Below, in pieces: positions 22,468 through 36,700 of a stretch of DNA of 64,000 nucleotides (within the stretch, counting starts at the first letter, position 1; each line of letters begins with the position of its first letter). Made by a program: the position numbers and the translations under genes. The stretch lies in assembly GCA_965202585.1 (NCBI GenBank), contig OZ241834.1:8122001-8186000 (forward strand), in the 5' to 3' direction. Under the pieces are notes generated by a model. It was not told where the DNA came from. It did not search any database and saw nothing but the letters and a program-made list of their open reading frames with translations. The stretch is from Thalia democratica. Its lineage: Eukaryota.

Positions 22468-25400
22468 TTTTATAGTATTTACTTTTTGATATAAAAAATT
22501 TAAGTTTGTTAATTTTGCTTTTGTACTGATATTACAGATTTCAAGAATTAGTCAGTTATTGTATGTCATTCTTGTAGTTTTGATAGGTAGAAAAATACTG
22601 ACAATGTTAAAGAAAACTAGTAATTGTGTTAATAGTTTAAGGCAATATTTAATGAATTTTTTAAGTGAGATAACAAAAAACGAAAAACTTTTTTCTTTTT
22701 ATTTCTAATAAGTTACTAAATAAAGTTTATATGTTTTAATAAACCATATACGAGGATCATACAATAATAAATTTTTGCTATATATAGTTAGAATAAGAAC
22801 TTATATAAAAAATATAGAAATCTGTCAATTTATAAGTACTTATACTTTAGAAAATAAAGTTTTAATAAATTTAAGTATTACCACAAAACTACTTGATTTT
22901 ATAAGATTTTTCTAAATTATACGAGTACATAAATAGTTTTCTAATTAATAATAAAATGTTCTCAGTGTGATGGAACTACTACAAAATAAATTACAAACTA
23001 ACTTAAAGCTTTTATAAAGTTACTTAACTCAAAACTTTCTTAAGTAGACCTACTTCAATAAAAAAGTTTTTTTGCACTTCGTATCCATTCAAAGAAAAAC
23101 AAAAATCGGTAAACTTTTAAAACTGTTTTTTTTTTATATATAAGCTGCAATTGTTTTTTGGTGACCAAGTAAAACAAATTTTTTTAAATATCATATGTTT
23201 AAATTTAAGTGTACATTTCAAGAAATTATTATTAAATGAGTACGTTTTACGATTAATATTAGGTAACTGTTAATAGTTTAGTTGAATATAACTTTAAAAG
23301 ATGCTTACTTCAAGTAAAAACTGTGGTAAAATCTTTTGAATCACAATATAACAGTCAAAATTTGGATTTTAAAGTTATAATTATTATTTATACTAATACC
23401 TACAGAAAATAAAGTTTTCAGAAGTTCTAATAAGGAGTATCAAATGTTTAAGTAAACATTAGCTTGTATAATCATATACAAGTCTTAAGTTTTAAAATTC
23501 ATAAAAACGTATTCAATTTTAAGTTTTTGCTGTGAGAAAAGTTTAGTTTTTCATTCTATACGTTAAAAAAAAGACTTTAAGTATATTAAGGAAACGTATA
23601 TAAAGATGCACGTTTTTCAACTAGAAAAATTTATTGTTTTAAACGAACTCAAAAGTCAGTTTGAACTTGACTGATACTTAACGGTTAGTTTAAACAATAG
23701 AAAAATTCTCAGAATTTTTTGTCAAAACTGTTGATTTATGATTAAAATTTGAGTTTATCACGTTTTTTATAAGCTATAAAAAAACGCGTAGGCTAATTAG
23801 CAGATGCTATTTTATTTCTATCTTGATATACTTTTAAATCTTTGTTATTATAAGTGTGTTTAAAACAAACTTAACAAGCAAATAATTGTATGAAGCCCTC
23901 TCTAACATTTATTTAAATTACGCTAAGTTGCCAAGTACATCCATATATATAAAGTTGCCTTTAAAAACGCAGTTTAAATTGATACCAACTGATAAATTGC
24001 ATACCCACACTGATTTTAATGTAGTGATATAAAAAACTTTTAACTAGTAGTATGTCCAAAATACGGCGATTGTTCTAAATATTGTTTACTTTTAATAGAC
24101 TCTAAATTGATTTTAATACAAAAAGCATTTAAACTGCAGACAAATCTAGCAAAAAATGTAATTTATTTTACAAATACTTTTAAATACTTCCTTTTTTAAT
24201 CCAAAGTACAATATGAAATTTTTAACTTACTTAAAAAATATTTTATATCAATTTTCTTACTATTTTAAATCTTTTTATACTTAAAGTATTACTCAATAAT
24301 TAATACTATATCTATTTAAATAAAATAAATGAGCTTAGTTATACTTTTATTACAAAGTAAGTACAAAAATTTAATTACATCTATCAGAATAGGAGCAAAT
24401 AGCAAGAAAAGTTAATACAAATTACAACTTTAAAATAGTATAAGTAAAACAAAAGTTTCTAAAACTTATTCTTATGTTGCAAATGTTTTTGGTCCGCTTT
24501 AAATCTGAAATTATTATGAAAAATTTAAACTTACAGCTATTATACAACGGTTAGTTAATTTCATTAATACATTTAACTAAAATTTTGAAACAAAATTTAA
24601 TTTTACATCAACTTTATTATGCTTAAATTTCGGGTACTCCCTTAAAAAATTGCACACTTTGTAAATACAAGCTAGGAGTTCTACAAATAGTATTATTTAA
24701 ATTATCTTAGTATTTTTGGTTGGTAAATATAAATACTTTTCATAGTAAGTTTTTATTTTATTTAGTAAAGTAAACTTTAAGGTAGCACTGCCTTTTTTGT
24801 ATGATTAACAAAAACAATGTCAGACTTATTTTTCTTAACTTATTAACGTTTTACTTTATAAAAGTTTAGATAGAAAGAAAATACTTGTTTTTTATTAATT
24901 TAACTAGAAATTAAAGTTTGATTGGAAAATTTAAGAACAAAAGCTATTTTGTTCTTGAGTTACCTTGCTACTTAAATAACAACTCTTATGACTTTTCAAC
25001 AATGGTATAGTACTCTAAAAAAGAGTAGCGTAAATACAAAATAGTTTCTATTAACACCTTTAATAGATTAAGTTAAACATTTTTAAGAAGATATATACAA
25101 TATTTAAAACCATCAACATCTTATAATTATTTACTAGTTTAAATTTACAGTAATTACCTTTATTCTTTAAAAAAGCATTCAACTTAAATATGTCAAAACA
25201 ATATTTTAAGTTATTTAACGATTTGGTATAAAGTTGTTTCTTATGTAATACAAGTTATGATTATAACTAAATAATCAAGAATGAAAAACAAGGGTAAAAT
25301 AGATGCTTCACTTTAAAATAGCAACAAATTTTTTTCAGAAAGTTAAATGTTGTAAACTATTTGTCATACATCCTGTGATTGTTTTTTATACTGAAAAACC

Positions 25401-25725
25401 GCTGTGTTTTTCAAGCCATTCAGTTTATTAACAACAACACTTTTAAAACGTGGTGAAATAAGTTTTAGTATTTTTTAGAGCTTGAATAAAACGCGTATTT
25501 GTTTTTAATTGATTTATTAGCTTTTTTAGTTTTAAGTTAATATGAAAAAAATACATTTTATTTCGTTAATTTTAGTACTACTTACCAAATACAATTTAAC
25601 AACTATTTCAAATCTAAAATTTCATAAACTAAATATAAATGTAAGTAAAATGTAGTTTATATTTTGTTATATATTAGCAAATCTTGTCACAAGCAGTTTT
25701 AAGATTAGGTAAGAACTATGTAAAG

Positions 25726-25881
25726 CAGTGCTACTGAACCTATTCTAGTGGCGGAACCCTTTTCCAAAGTTCAACTTTTCCGCGGAACCCCTAATTTTAA
25801 TTTTACATAAAATGTTTAATTAAATAAATATTCTTTTTTAAGTTTCGAAAGGCTTTGCGGAACCCCATTTCAGAAGCACTA
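25726..25881. mobile_element. Small hAT-type MITE, 156 bp, 8-bp TSD
   Basis: Ends CAGTGCTACTGAA ... TTCAGAAGCACTA; flanks ATGTAAAG (25718-25725) and ACGTAAAG (25882-25889); GCGGAACCC three times internally. Confidence 0.8.
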
Positions 25882-26099
25882 ACGTAAAGTGTACAAATGG
25901 AAGTGAAATTTTTGTTATTTTCTTGCTGATCAAGTCACAAACAGTTTTTACATCAAATAAGAAATCAAATAAAACAAACAATATTAGAAATATTTTTTAC
26001 ACTAATAAACTAATAAGTTTATAAAATTTAAAATTTAATTCTTGAGCTAAAAAACCTGTGAAACAGTTTAATAATAAACTTTGAATAATTAACAAGTTC

Positions 26100-27010
26100 A
26101 TACAAAAAACCCACAAAACAATTTACGATCCGTTTTAAAGCCCGTCAAAAGGTGATCTTGCCTGCAACCTTTTCATATAGAAATTGGAAGCAAATTTATT
26201 TTCACAACAATCCGAAGCTAATTAGCTCGCGCGCGCGACACAAGTAAACAAACGCAAAAGCGCAAGAAACAAAAGGTGAACTTTTGCTTCGTTTTTAAGA
26301 GTCTCGGGTTTTAATTGCTCTCTAATGACCTGTATGCTGAAAGTTTAAAGAAATACTTTCCTTCCGATTTTCACGTTTTGGTATTCTGCAATATACACTT
26401 GTCTCCTGTTGGGTGGCCTTCAACGGCAAAAATAAATTGAGTATTTTTTGTTTATGCTTTTTGTCACTTTAAATTAAATTGGCAAGGAGCAGTGTTGTGT
26501 GATGAGACAAAAATACAGCTAATCCTTGCTCGTCATGGTTTAAAAATAAAAATTTTGAAAATGTTTCTACACTACTTATTTTTTAAGTTTTCTTCACCAG
26601 CGGCGAGTCTTTAAAACGCTTTAAGTAAAGTGATGCACTTAAATTAAACTCTCGTCTCTGTGACGTAATAGCGCAGATAAAAAAAGGCGAGAGGTGCTCT
26701 TAAGCGACAAGATATACCGATTGGTTTTTGGCAGCGCGTCGAATCGGATTTGTGCTTATGCTTGTGAGATCCACAAGTTTGCAGGTAGCATATAATGTGG
26801 GTGGTCCAAATCACCTGAGAAGTTGAACACACTGAAGTGAGAAGTTGAAAGGGAATTGAATGCCGACTTTTGTTATTCGCCGCTAATTTTGATCGGCCCG
26901 AACGATACGTCGCTCAAAATTTTTTGCTGAAAAACCACCCAAGGTGGTAATCTTGTGAATAAAGATGCTCGGTTGTTATTTTTGTGCGTGTATCAATTGT
27001 GAGTCTTTTT
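26100..27010. promoter_or_regulatory. CpG-rich non-coding island upstream of copy B
   Basis: Local GC/CpG rise, (CG)n run at ~26227, GTAAACAAAC, CAAAAGGTGA twice; no convincing ORF. Confidence 0.3.
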
Positions 27011-27909
27011 GTATTTTGCATTTTATAGTTTGAAGAAAAAGTAGTTTTCTGCAGAGTTCACATGTTGGTTTTACACCAATGGTGTTTTTGTTGATCTGAT
27101 TAAGCATTTGTCACAGACTTAAATGATGTTTAATTATTTTAATACCGCTTATGCAAATTAATTTCATTTTTTTAACTTAAACTGTATTTCTAAGCTTTTT
27201 TTTTTAATAACTTTAAAATAAACTGCTCAAAACATAAACTTTTAAAACTCTAAAACAATTTTTCTCATGAAAATTTAAAAAAATTAGTAGCAAGTTTTTT
27301 GTACAAATTGAAATCGCAAATGATCAAACTCGCATCAAAAAGAACTTATTTAGAATAAGATCGTAAACTGTATATTAATCTGCAAAAAAACAGCGATAAG
27401 GACATTCTAAACATGTTTTAATACTTTTACAACTTATATCTAACCAAAAATTGTTTTTAAAACTTCAAAACATCTAAAAAACTAAATTTCATAAAATATT
27501 TTCAAAAGTTCAAGGCTTTTTGATAATCTATAAATGCATTGAAATTATTTTTCATAAAGCTAAAACATTTTTGTTTCTAAACAACCATAATTATTTTTTT
27601 TATAAAGTTTTATTTAAAAAATTTATGTATTGACTTTATTTTTTGTATATAATTGACTATATTTTTACTCATTGAAAGTCTTGAAGTTAAAAATTTATCT
27701 CACATCACTACCTATAACTCATTAACGAGCTTTTAATATTGAACTAAGTTATTTTTTCAACTAAAGTTTCAGCTTTTTTCTATTAGTTTTATTTTCAATG
27801 TAGTTTTTTTATTATTATAACGTATTAATTTTTGCACTGTAGTTAATTAACATAAACAACTAAAATATCACTTATGATTAAAGTGTTTAATTATTTTTTA
27901 ATTAATTAT

Positions 27910-28141
27910 TTAAATACCAATTCAGCAAGAAACACATTCTACGTTTAAAATTTATTCGCATGACGACGTTTCGATTTTCAATAAGTCATTATCAACAAAA
28001 TACTCTGCAAAAATAAATAAAATTAGTGATAAACAACTAAGTATACAAAAAAAATTTCTAAGTGACTTATTGAAAGTCGAAACGTCGTCATGCGAATAAA
28101 TTTTAAACGTAGAATGTGTTTCTTACTGAACTGGTATTTAA
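27910..28141. repeat. Near-perfect inverted repeat (79-bp arms, 74-bp loop); MITE-like hairpin
   Basis: 27910-27988 versus the reverse complement of 28063-28141 differ at 3 positions; both ends are TTAA. Confidence 0.85.
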
Positions 28142-31089
28142 AAACTCCAGTATCCCCACCTGTTTTTTAATTAATAATTTGTTTTAAATTAAAGAATTTT
28201 TTTAGTTTATTCTTATTGTGAAGCTTTATATACTTTTGGTTTTTTAAATCATTCATTAAAAAAAAAGACATTTCAACTGCAAAATTGTTATTTCAGTTAG
28301 GGAATATTTGAAATACTTAAGAACAGTTTAAATAAAAAAAACGCTTAACATCAACAAAGTTAATCTTTTAAAGTTCAGACAACAATAGCAGTTTTAAAGA
28401 ATTTTCAATATATTAAATTTTCTATTACCTGCAGATATACACTATATAAATATAATCGTATATTATATATTGTACATTAAATTTCAGTATCCTAAGTAAA
28501 AAAAAATATTAAATAAAAGACATGTAAACTAAGCTCTTCAGACACATAAGTATATGCATAAACAATTTTTTTCTGAAAGTATTCCTAAAACATTAACTTG
28601 AAAACCTCATTGTATATTTTGCCTTTGTAAAAAAACACATTAAGTATGTATAAATCTTTTAATATGCATATTGTAAAGAAACGTTCTTTTTAAAGTTAGA
28701 ATACGAATTATTCAGATACTTGATTTAAGAACTAATGGTTACGAAACAACATATTTTTTAAGAAAACATTTGAAACAAGCTTTGTTGAAATGTTTATTTA
28801 AAGACAAACACACAAATAACTTCACATCAGTAATGCATCCTATTAAAATTTTAGGCAACAATACGTACATAAACAATCTTTGTTTATAACTTTATTGTTA
28901 AATGCTTTGAACAACTTGTTTACTTTGATTTAAGCTGGTTTTAATTTATTTTTTAGTGAGTGTTTTAATTTTTTAATTGCTGAAGAAAGAAATTAAATTA
29001 GAAAAAATAGCTTAAAATTTTACATATTTACATTGCATAAAGTTATACAGTGTAATCAAAATTTTTGGATGTTATAAAATAGTTTCTTAAAACAATAAAA
29101 TATATCTTATTATACTGTTATAAATTCATAAACAAACAAAAAATTCTATTTTTGTTCACCGTCCATACAAGGAAATCTCTACCTTCTGCCGTCTTTTTCT
29201 TCTTCTCTCTTCTATTCGGCTTCCCATCTGATGAGCGCTCATTACAATTTCATTAAGCCGATGATGAGGCTGTAAAATGGCGATATCTAAACACTTTTCT
29301 TAAGTAGACTGCTCATTACAGCTTCAGTTAGGTTACGTTTGTTGCTTTTTGCTTGTTTTAATATTTTGAAGTTTTTTATGAACCTTATGATTTTTTAAGT
29401 GATTAAAAAATAGTGGTCAAGGTTTGCATTTTTAGGTTTTTTAAGGTATTTAAAATTTGATTTAGTATAGACTTGTTTTCATCTAATTAAATTTAGAAGG
29501 GTACAAAATTCTAAGCATTTTGAAAACATTACGATTTTAAACTAATTTAAACTATTTAGTTTTTTCAGTAATTTTTTCTTAACACAACTTTTTGGGTATT
29601 AATACATAAAACAATGTCTTTGATTTATCAGTGTAACCTGAAACTTTAGTAGTGTTAATTAGTTATGTTTTCACTTTTATGAAACTTTATAAAAAAGGGG
29701 TATGAACAAAATATTTAAGATTAATCTTTGTTCAAAAACAAAGACGAATCTTATAGTTTACCTAAAAGAACCTGCAGCTGTAGGAAACTTGCTGATTATT
29801 TGAAGATATTCAGGTTTAAATATATCAAACTAGTATTTTGTTTTTTTGTCTAAACATTATTTAATACATTTTTTAACATGTTGTCTAATAAAAAGAAAAT
29901 TATAAAAGTAAAAATAAGTTTTTAGTACATAATTGTTAGTTTAAAATAAAAAAAAGTAAAATAATTTCTAACTCTAAAAGAGTAGCAGAAAACAATAGTA
30001 ACACAAAAATCAAAAACGCTCTGAGTATGTTATAAAGTTATAGTGCTAAATGCATCTTTTGAGTATATAGTATAAGTACTATAAATAAAAATGACAGTCG
30101 TTGAAGTTAATACTGATTAATATGTTTTCGTAAACACAAGCAATTCATGCTAGTTTAAATCGTTTACAAATTTGTACAGTAATTATTACAAGCAAGTTCA
30201 AAATGTAAAGTTCAAAAGCTATAAGTAAAGTGTAAACAAGTTTATATAACGTTAGATATCCAATAAAAATTATCTACTTTACTCTATTGCAAAATTGTGA
30301 CGCGCAGAGTTTAGATTGGAGATAAATGGCTTTTATCGATATTTGCTCGTAATAACTTCACCTAAACTATAACTTGTCTACTCTACCACCGTGGTCTTCA
30401 ATTGTATCGTGGTAGGACACTTTCAGTAATAATTTGTTTTACAAAATACTGTAAATACCAATGATTATTTTAATTTTAAGAGTTTAGAAGTTGAAATAAA
30501 GTACTATTTAAAAAAAAAATCTGCTGCTTTTATGATTGCATATGCGTCTCTTTATGTAACGTTTTAATTAAAAATATTAAAAATAAATTTAAGTCAGCAT
30601 CTACATTGAATTTAATTTGTAATGAAATTAGTATACAAACCTTCAAAAAAATCAATGTAAAAGTTTTAACAAAGGTTTTAATATAACTATAGCTCTAAAA
30701 ACTTAGGAATCAAGTTTTTTATTTTATATATTTTTTATACAGTTATAAAATACAATGCAAAAGATAAATATATTACTCATTAATTTTTTTTTTATAATAT
30801 TAAAGTAATAAATTTAGAACAAAAAAAAGTATATAAATAACTTATGTCTTCGTTTGTACTTTAATATTAAAGTTCAACTTAAATAGTTGTTAGTGATTTA
30901 TAACTTAATTTTTTTGTCGTGATGAAAATTTTTTAACTAAAAAAATAAAAAAACAATTAAGTTAAAAAAAAATTTTGTTTACAAAAAACGTACCAACTAT
31001 ACAATATTGTTTTTAACGGAAAAATGACGATCTAAAAAGTAACCGCAGAAAAGTGATTCACTCAATTCAATTGTTAATCTATTTTACGT

Positions 31090-32040
31090 AGCTTCATTAT
31101 TTACAACTTTTGCGTTTAAATATATCTATGATAATTCAAGTAAGTTTGGTGCGCAGTATTTTGTTGCAAAGTTTTGATAGAGCTTGAGAGTTGTTTTGTT
31201 TGCGCAAAGTATTTAGAATAAGCTTCTCACTTAAGCGAGTTTTTAAGTGAGCTACGCAAGTAAGCGTTGGACTGTTGCGCTAATAGCAGAAAATTACGCT
31301 TAAAACCGATATTAATTTACATGCTTTCAAGTCAGATTAGCTCAAGCGGATAAGTAAGTACAAGAAAATTTTAAACAAAAACTCAGATAAATCTCAAGTG
31401 CAACAAGTAGCACGTCGGGTGGTGAGAGATGTACGAGAAATATCAGGCAGCTTGTTCGACACGAATTTAGAAATTTATCGAGATGAAAATAATCCGATAC
31501 CGGCCAATTACCCACGGATTTCCATTAGATCTCGTTTACCGCTGCTCAACGTTTAGATAAGTTTGCGAGATATCTCATTAATATTTCGCAAACATGCTTG
31601 CCTCTATCTGCAAACTAAACGCATCCGCTAAGCGTGATTTGATTGGCGTTGCGAGTCTTTATCTAGATTTTGATGGGCTGATAATGCGCAGGTGCTCGCT
31701 TGGCTTCAAAATGCGTCGATAAGCCGGAATCGCAAAAAGACGAATTTGTCGCGAACAAAGCAAGGTTAATGGTGCTTTTAGGGGTGGCGCTTTAAGCCGA
31801 TGTTTTTACACTGAATGAACAGATACAGCTTTTGTCGCTTTTTTACACATCAGCTACCTCGCAAACACAAGTTTATTGAATAAAAAGTGTCAAGCTGACA
31901 CGTTAAAATGGTTTCCGTCCGCTACTAAGGCTTCTGCTTATCTACAGATGCGCTTTTGTGTTCAGATTTATGTGATCTGAAAAAAAATGATAGCTTGATG
32001 GCCATTTGTGTGCATTATCGCAAGTTAAACTATCACAAAT
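31090..32040 (+). promoter_or_regulatory. Conserved upstream block of Fezf-B
   Basis: Paralogue of 2790-3720; second ATTGG mutated (gatggg) and a 13-nt deletion. Confidence 0.55.
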
Positions 32041-33252
32041 ACAATAAGATAAATTTTTACATCATTTTCTTCAACTTAGTATTTATTAACAAAAGTTGTT
32101 AGTGTAAGCTTGGAATAAAAGTTTCTATGTAGTAAGTAGACTATGTCAAAAACAAATTTTTGAGAAAATAACTACTATTTTGTTGTTTTTTTTTTTGTTA
32201 AATACATCCTTTTGTTTTAACACTACCTTTTACTACATATAATTGAAAAAAGTTGTAAAAATAGAGTAGATCGGAGGTTATAAAATAGCTGCTAATAAAA
32301 CATAAATTTATACAAGTGAAGTAATAAAACTTTAAATTTTCAACTAAGTTGTCCTAACAAAATATAGTTTTTGTTATATTTGAAAGATATAGAAGTTGAA
32401 TATTAGAATTTTTTTGTAATAGTTTTTTCAAATGTAAATGTTTGTACAAAAGTTATTTAATAGCTCTAAATTTAAACAAAATTTAAAAACAATCGTTTTA
32501 TTATTACTTGTAGTATAAAAAACATTTAGTAAAAAATTAACAAAAATAATAATATTTTAATTTCATGGTTTTTAAGTATACACTACAAAATAAAACTTAT
32601 GTTTTCTAAATTTTGCAAAACTCTAGAATTAAAATTAAAAGCAACACTTACTTTTAACTTTGTAATAACTTAATGATTTTTACTAACCAAACTGACTTAA
32701 CTTACTGATTTCAATCGTTAACTTATAATGTTACTAAGGTTCACTTATTAAAATATAAATAAAGTTTCAAATGAAAGTGTTTGTTTGTTTTCTACAGTTA
32801 AAATATTACGGTTATTTATCTAAGACTTGCAAATATTTAGCATTGATAGCAGAAGCATAACATTTAAACATTTATTTAGTATCACTGAAGCATTGTACTA
32901 AAATAAAATTTTCAAACATAAAATAAATATACGTTATCTTACTTTGGTAGGTAGTAAAAGCTCAATAAAACTAAAATTTTGTTGAATTCAGTTTCATTAA
33001 CTAATGAATATCTTTTTAGTATGACAAAAAAAAAAGCATACTTCTTGCTTTGTTTTTATTAACTCCTTAGTTTCTGTTTGCTTCAACTATGTATTTTAAA
33101 CAGTTTGTGTTTTGATTTTTATCCTGTTTTAATTAAAAACAAATTAAGTTAACAATTTTTTTACATCTTCGTAGTAGTAAGATACATTTAAAACATTTAC
33201 CAGTTTCTTTTTATTTTTTTACAGATAAATTTATTAGTTTTACAAAGTTATA

Positions 33253-33792
33253 ATGTTTCCAAACCTGCAAAATCCCTACTTCTACCTGTCAAACGTCGCA
33301 AAGCCACCAAACATCAATCTTCCTTCAACACTGAATCCTCCCGTATTAGGTAGTTCCCCTTTTACGAGCTCCCTAAACTTTCCCCTGCGCAACCCGTTGT
33401 TCTTCCAGCCTCAGGTAATTCCCCCGTTGTGGAACAGCGCCCTGCACAAGTACAACCAGCTGGTGGCGCAACAGAGGAAGGCGCAGGAGGCGGTGCTGAG
33501 GAGTTTGTACTATGACGTCACACAGCGTAACATTATGCAGCGCAGTGGTTTTGCTCCGAGGCTGAAGAAGTTCAGTCCCGTGCAATTGAGACCGGTCATG
33601 GGCCGACCGAGGCTTCCCTGCAAGGTTCCCGCGCAATTGTTTCAGAATCGGGGATTTTCCGAATCTTCATCCACCTCTTCTTCAGTTTCGTCGAAAGCAA
33701 CAAGTGTTGATGTTTCGAGCGGCAAACTGCAAAAGGTGAAGATTGCCGGAAGGAGAACGAAGCAGAAGCAAAACACTCCGTGCAAGTGCAAG
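33253..33792 (+). CDS. Fezf: Fezf-B coding exon 1
   Basis: ATG 33253; ends TGC AAG|gtaaaa. Confidence 0.9.
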
Positions 33793-36700
33793 GTAAAAAC
33801 AATAATTATAATAAAAAGCACAAATTTATTCAAAATAGTATAAAATCAGTACGGTTACAGCTTATGCTTAAAATTAATCAAAACAACAAACAACATACGA
33901 ATGCATTTTTGTTTTGGTTTGAAAGAAATGCAAATAACTTCAGGTGCAAAAAAAAAGTACTCCATATCTCAAATGTCACACAGAAAAGCGATTAAACGTT
34001 AATTAATGATGTTTTTGGTGAAACTTTTAACGGGCGTGCGAAGAAAAATAAAACAAAAGCAAAAGCCTTTTGTAAACACCTCACACTTCTGTGTTTTGCG
34101 GTCGCTACTGCTTTTGTGCCAGTGATGCTGATTGTGACGCATTGTGACGTAACAAACGTTTTGTGAGCTGAGCACCGGTTGGCACGCATCTTTGTTCTTT
34201 AATATAATAGTAAATTTTCAGACATAGTTTGATCACGGCCGTGGTTTCAGACAAAAGTTATGTGGTCTTAAATATTTTTGAAAAAAACTTTTAAGTTCAC
34301 AACAGTCAAACAAATATTGCTTTAAAATGCCTTAAAAAGAAAAAGTTCTAAAGTACAAATTTGTTTTTAAATACACTACTTTTTGATAGAAACAGTTTGC
34401 TAAGTAATTTAGAAAAAAAAAACTATTTACTCCAACGAGATCGTTTCGTTCGACTAGCAGATTAAATAAACATCTTTGGCAATTTATAACTTTTGAATAA
34501 TTTTTTTAAGAAGCTTCTGTTTACGACCATATCTTAAATTTTATTCTAAAAACTTTCTGTACATATGAATGCAATTTTTTAATAATTTTTTTTATCATAA
34601 TTTCCAGATATGTGGAAAGGAGTTCAAGGCGCAGTACAATCTGACCAGACACATGCCAGTCCACACTGGAGCACGACCTTTCAAGTGCAAGATATGCGGG
34701 AAGGGATTCAAGCAGGCCAGCACATTATGTCGTCATAAAGTTATCCATTCCAAGGTAACTATTTATTTTAAGTTAAATGATTTGTATAATATTATGTCGT
34801 CATAAGGTCATCGTTGTAATGCTAAACTAAGGTTGTAGTAATTTGTATGGTTTACGTGTATGATAATTTGAAAAGTTTTAAATATATTACAGAGTTAACT
34901 TAGTGTTAAATTAATTATTAGTGTGATATATTATACAATAATTGATAGCTTCAAAAAGTTTGATGAGTTGTAGCAAAGTAAAATTGTTAATAAAACTAAA
35001 GGTATTAAGTTACCTTAGTGTACATCTTGATGATTTGCATGTAATCTGTTGTTTTAATAACCTTTATTAAACATTAATTTAACTTTGATTAGCAGTTTAA
35101 GTTTATGCTTTTTGGTAGACAAACACTGTTTTGCGTTATCGTTGTTTTTTTAAATAGCTCAAGTCTACGATATTACAGTGTTTTAAATTATATTACAGCG
35201 GTAGTTTTAACGGTATTTTAAAGTATTAAGCAAGTTTGCACTGTCAAAAAAAAAACATTAAAATAACATAGCAAACAGCTTAAACCCATCATAAAAAAAA
35301 AGATCACAACTTATTTTTTAAGATACGAAAAAAAACGTGAGATTTAAAAACAAATTAGTGTGCTTGTTCGCAAGCCAATAAATAATTCTTAAGTGAGAAC
35401 GGACTTCGGCGATATAAATGTGCGGCGGATTTACATAATGCCCGCCTTTTAAACTCCCGTGTGTTTGTTGTGAATCGAAAACACTTGTGCATCGGATTAC
35501 TCCATAAAACACCACTTTACACTGAAGGCGTAAGAAATCAATCGCAATTTCAGCGGACAGATTGAGCGCCATTGTAAGCCAATCACAGTTGCGATAATTC
35601 ACTGTAAGCCAATCACGTTCCGCGATAAGCCGCTTTGCCACGAAAGTTCTCGTCCATCTAAGTGCTTCTGGCTTGCCCTTCAGAGCGCATTTATAGCAAA
35701 TTAATCTTCAGTGAAAAGTGATTTCTTTTAAAGTGCGATTCCGTTTTATTTTTTTCTATAATTGCACAGCAATCGGCAAAGCTGATTTAAAATTCTCTTG
35801 ATCTGCGTGAAGGTCTCAATTGTGTTTGCAGTTTAAGAAAGCTTTTTGTTTCAAAAATAACTGTTTGATTGAATGTCGACCTTTAACACAAAACAAACAG
35901 CTTTGAAATCTGAAGCAAGTTTAATCAGGGGTTTTTCTCACGGACAGAATTGTATAAATACCACAAAAAATCTGTTTGTATTGAATTTTCAGTTTTTAAG
36001 GGGTCAGGTAGTCCATTAAATAGACTGATTTAACAGAACTAAAAAAACAATTAAAGTTAAAAAAAAAGTAATTAATCTAATCTACTACTTTGTTATTTTT
36101 TTCATAAGTGTTCAACTAGCAGTTTTGTTTAAATTAGTATTTACGTCAGCTTACAGCAGATAAAAATAAAGCCGCTGAATATTTTTTTAACTAAAAATCT
36201 TTTAAATGAGAATTGATATTTATTAATTGTAACACATAACACTTTCTTTATAAATAAGATAGAAATTTAAAGTACAAAAAGTGTATAGTTCATAGCTGTT
36301 TAAGCACTTTAGCAAACATGTTTTGAAGTATTTATTTAGATTTATTTTTTAATTGAACGGGGAATTATTCTAAAGTTATTCTAGCCTATTTGGAACTACG
36401 TTAGTACACTAATAAGAAAATTAATGTTTAAACAACGAAAATGTAAGCTAGCGTGTGATTTAAAAACCGGAAAAATCTTAGTAAAAAATTAGGCTTTTAC
36501 AAATATTTCTAGACCTTTAATTTTTTCTAAACAAGCTTGAAAAAATTTCATAGAAGTTGACTTTGTATTCAAGTCAGAAATATATCAACTTTAAAAAAAA
36601 TAGCTAAAAAAGAAGAAAATTGTTATAAAATCATCTCATTAGATATCGAATTGAAAATTCTATTAAACAGACTTTTTTTTACTTGCTTGTAAAACTCGTA

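Noticed and set aside
27950-28095. Hammerhead-ribozyme-like core in the palindrome (TTGATAA-t-GACT loop AGTC-GAAA-C...GTC)
   Set aside because: The CUGANGA box is degenerate or absent and no helix I pairing could be built; at most a relic. A covariance-model search of family members would settle it.
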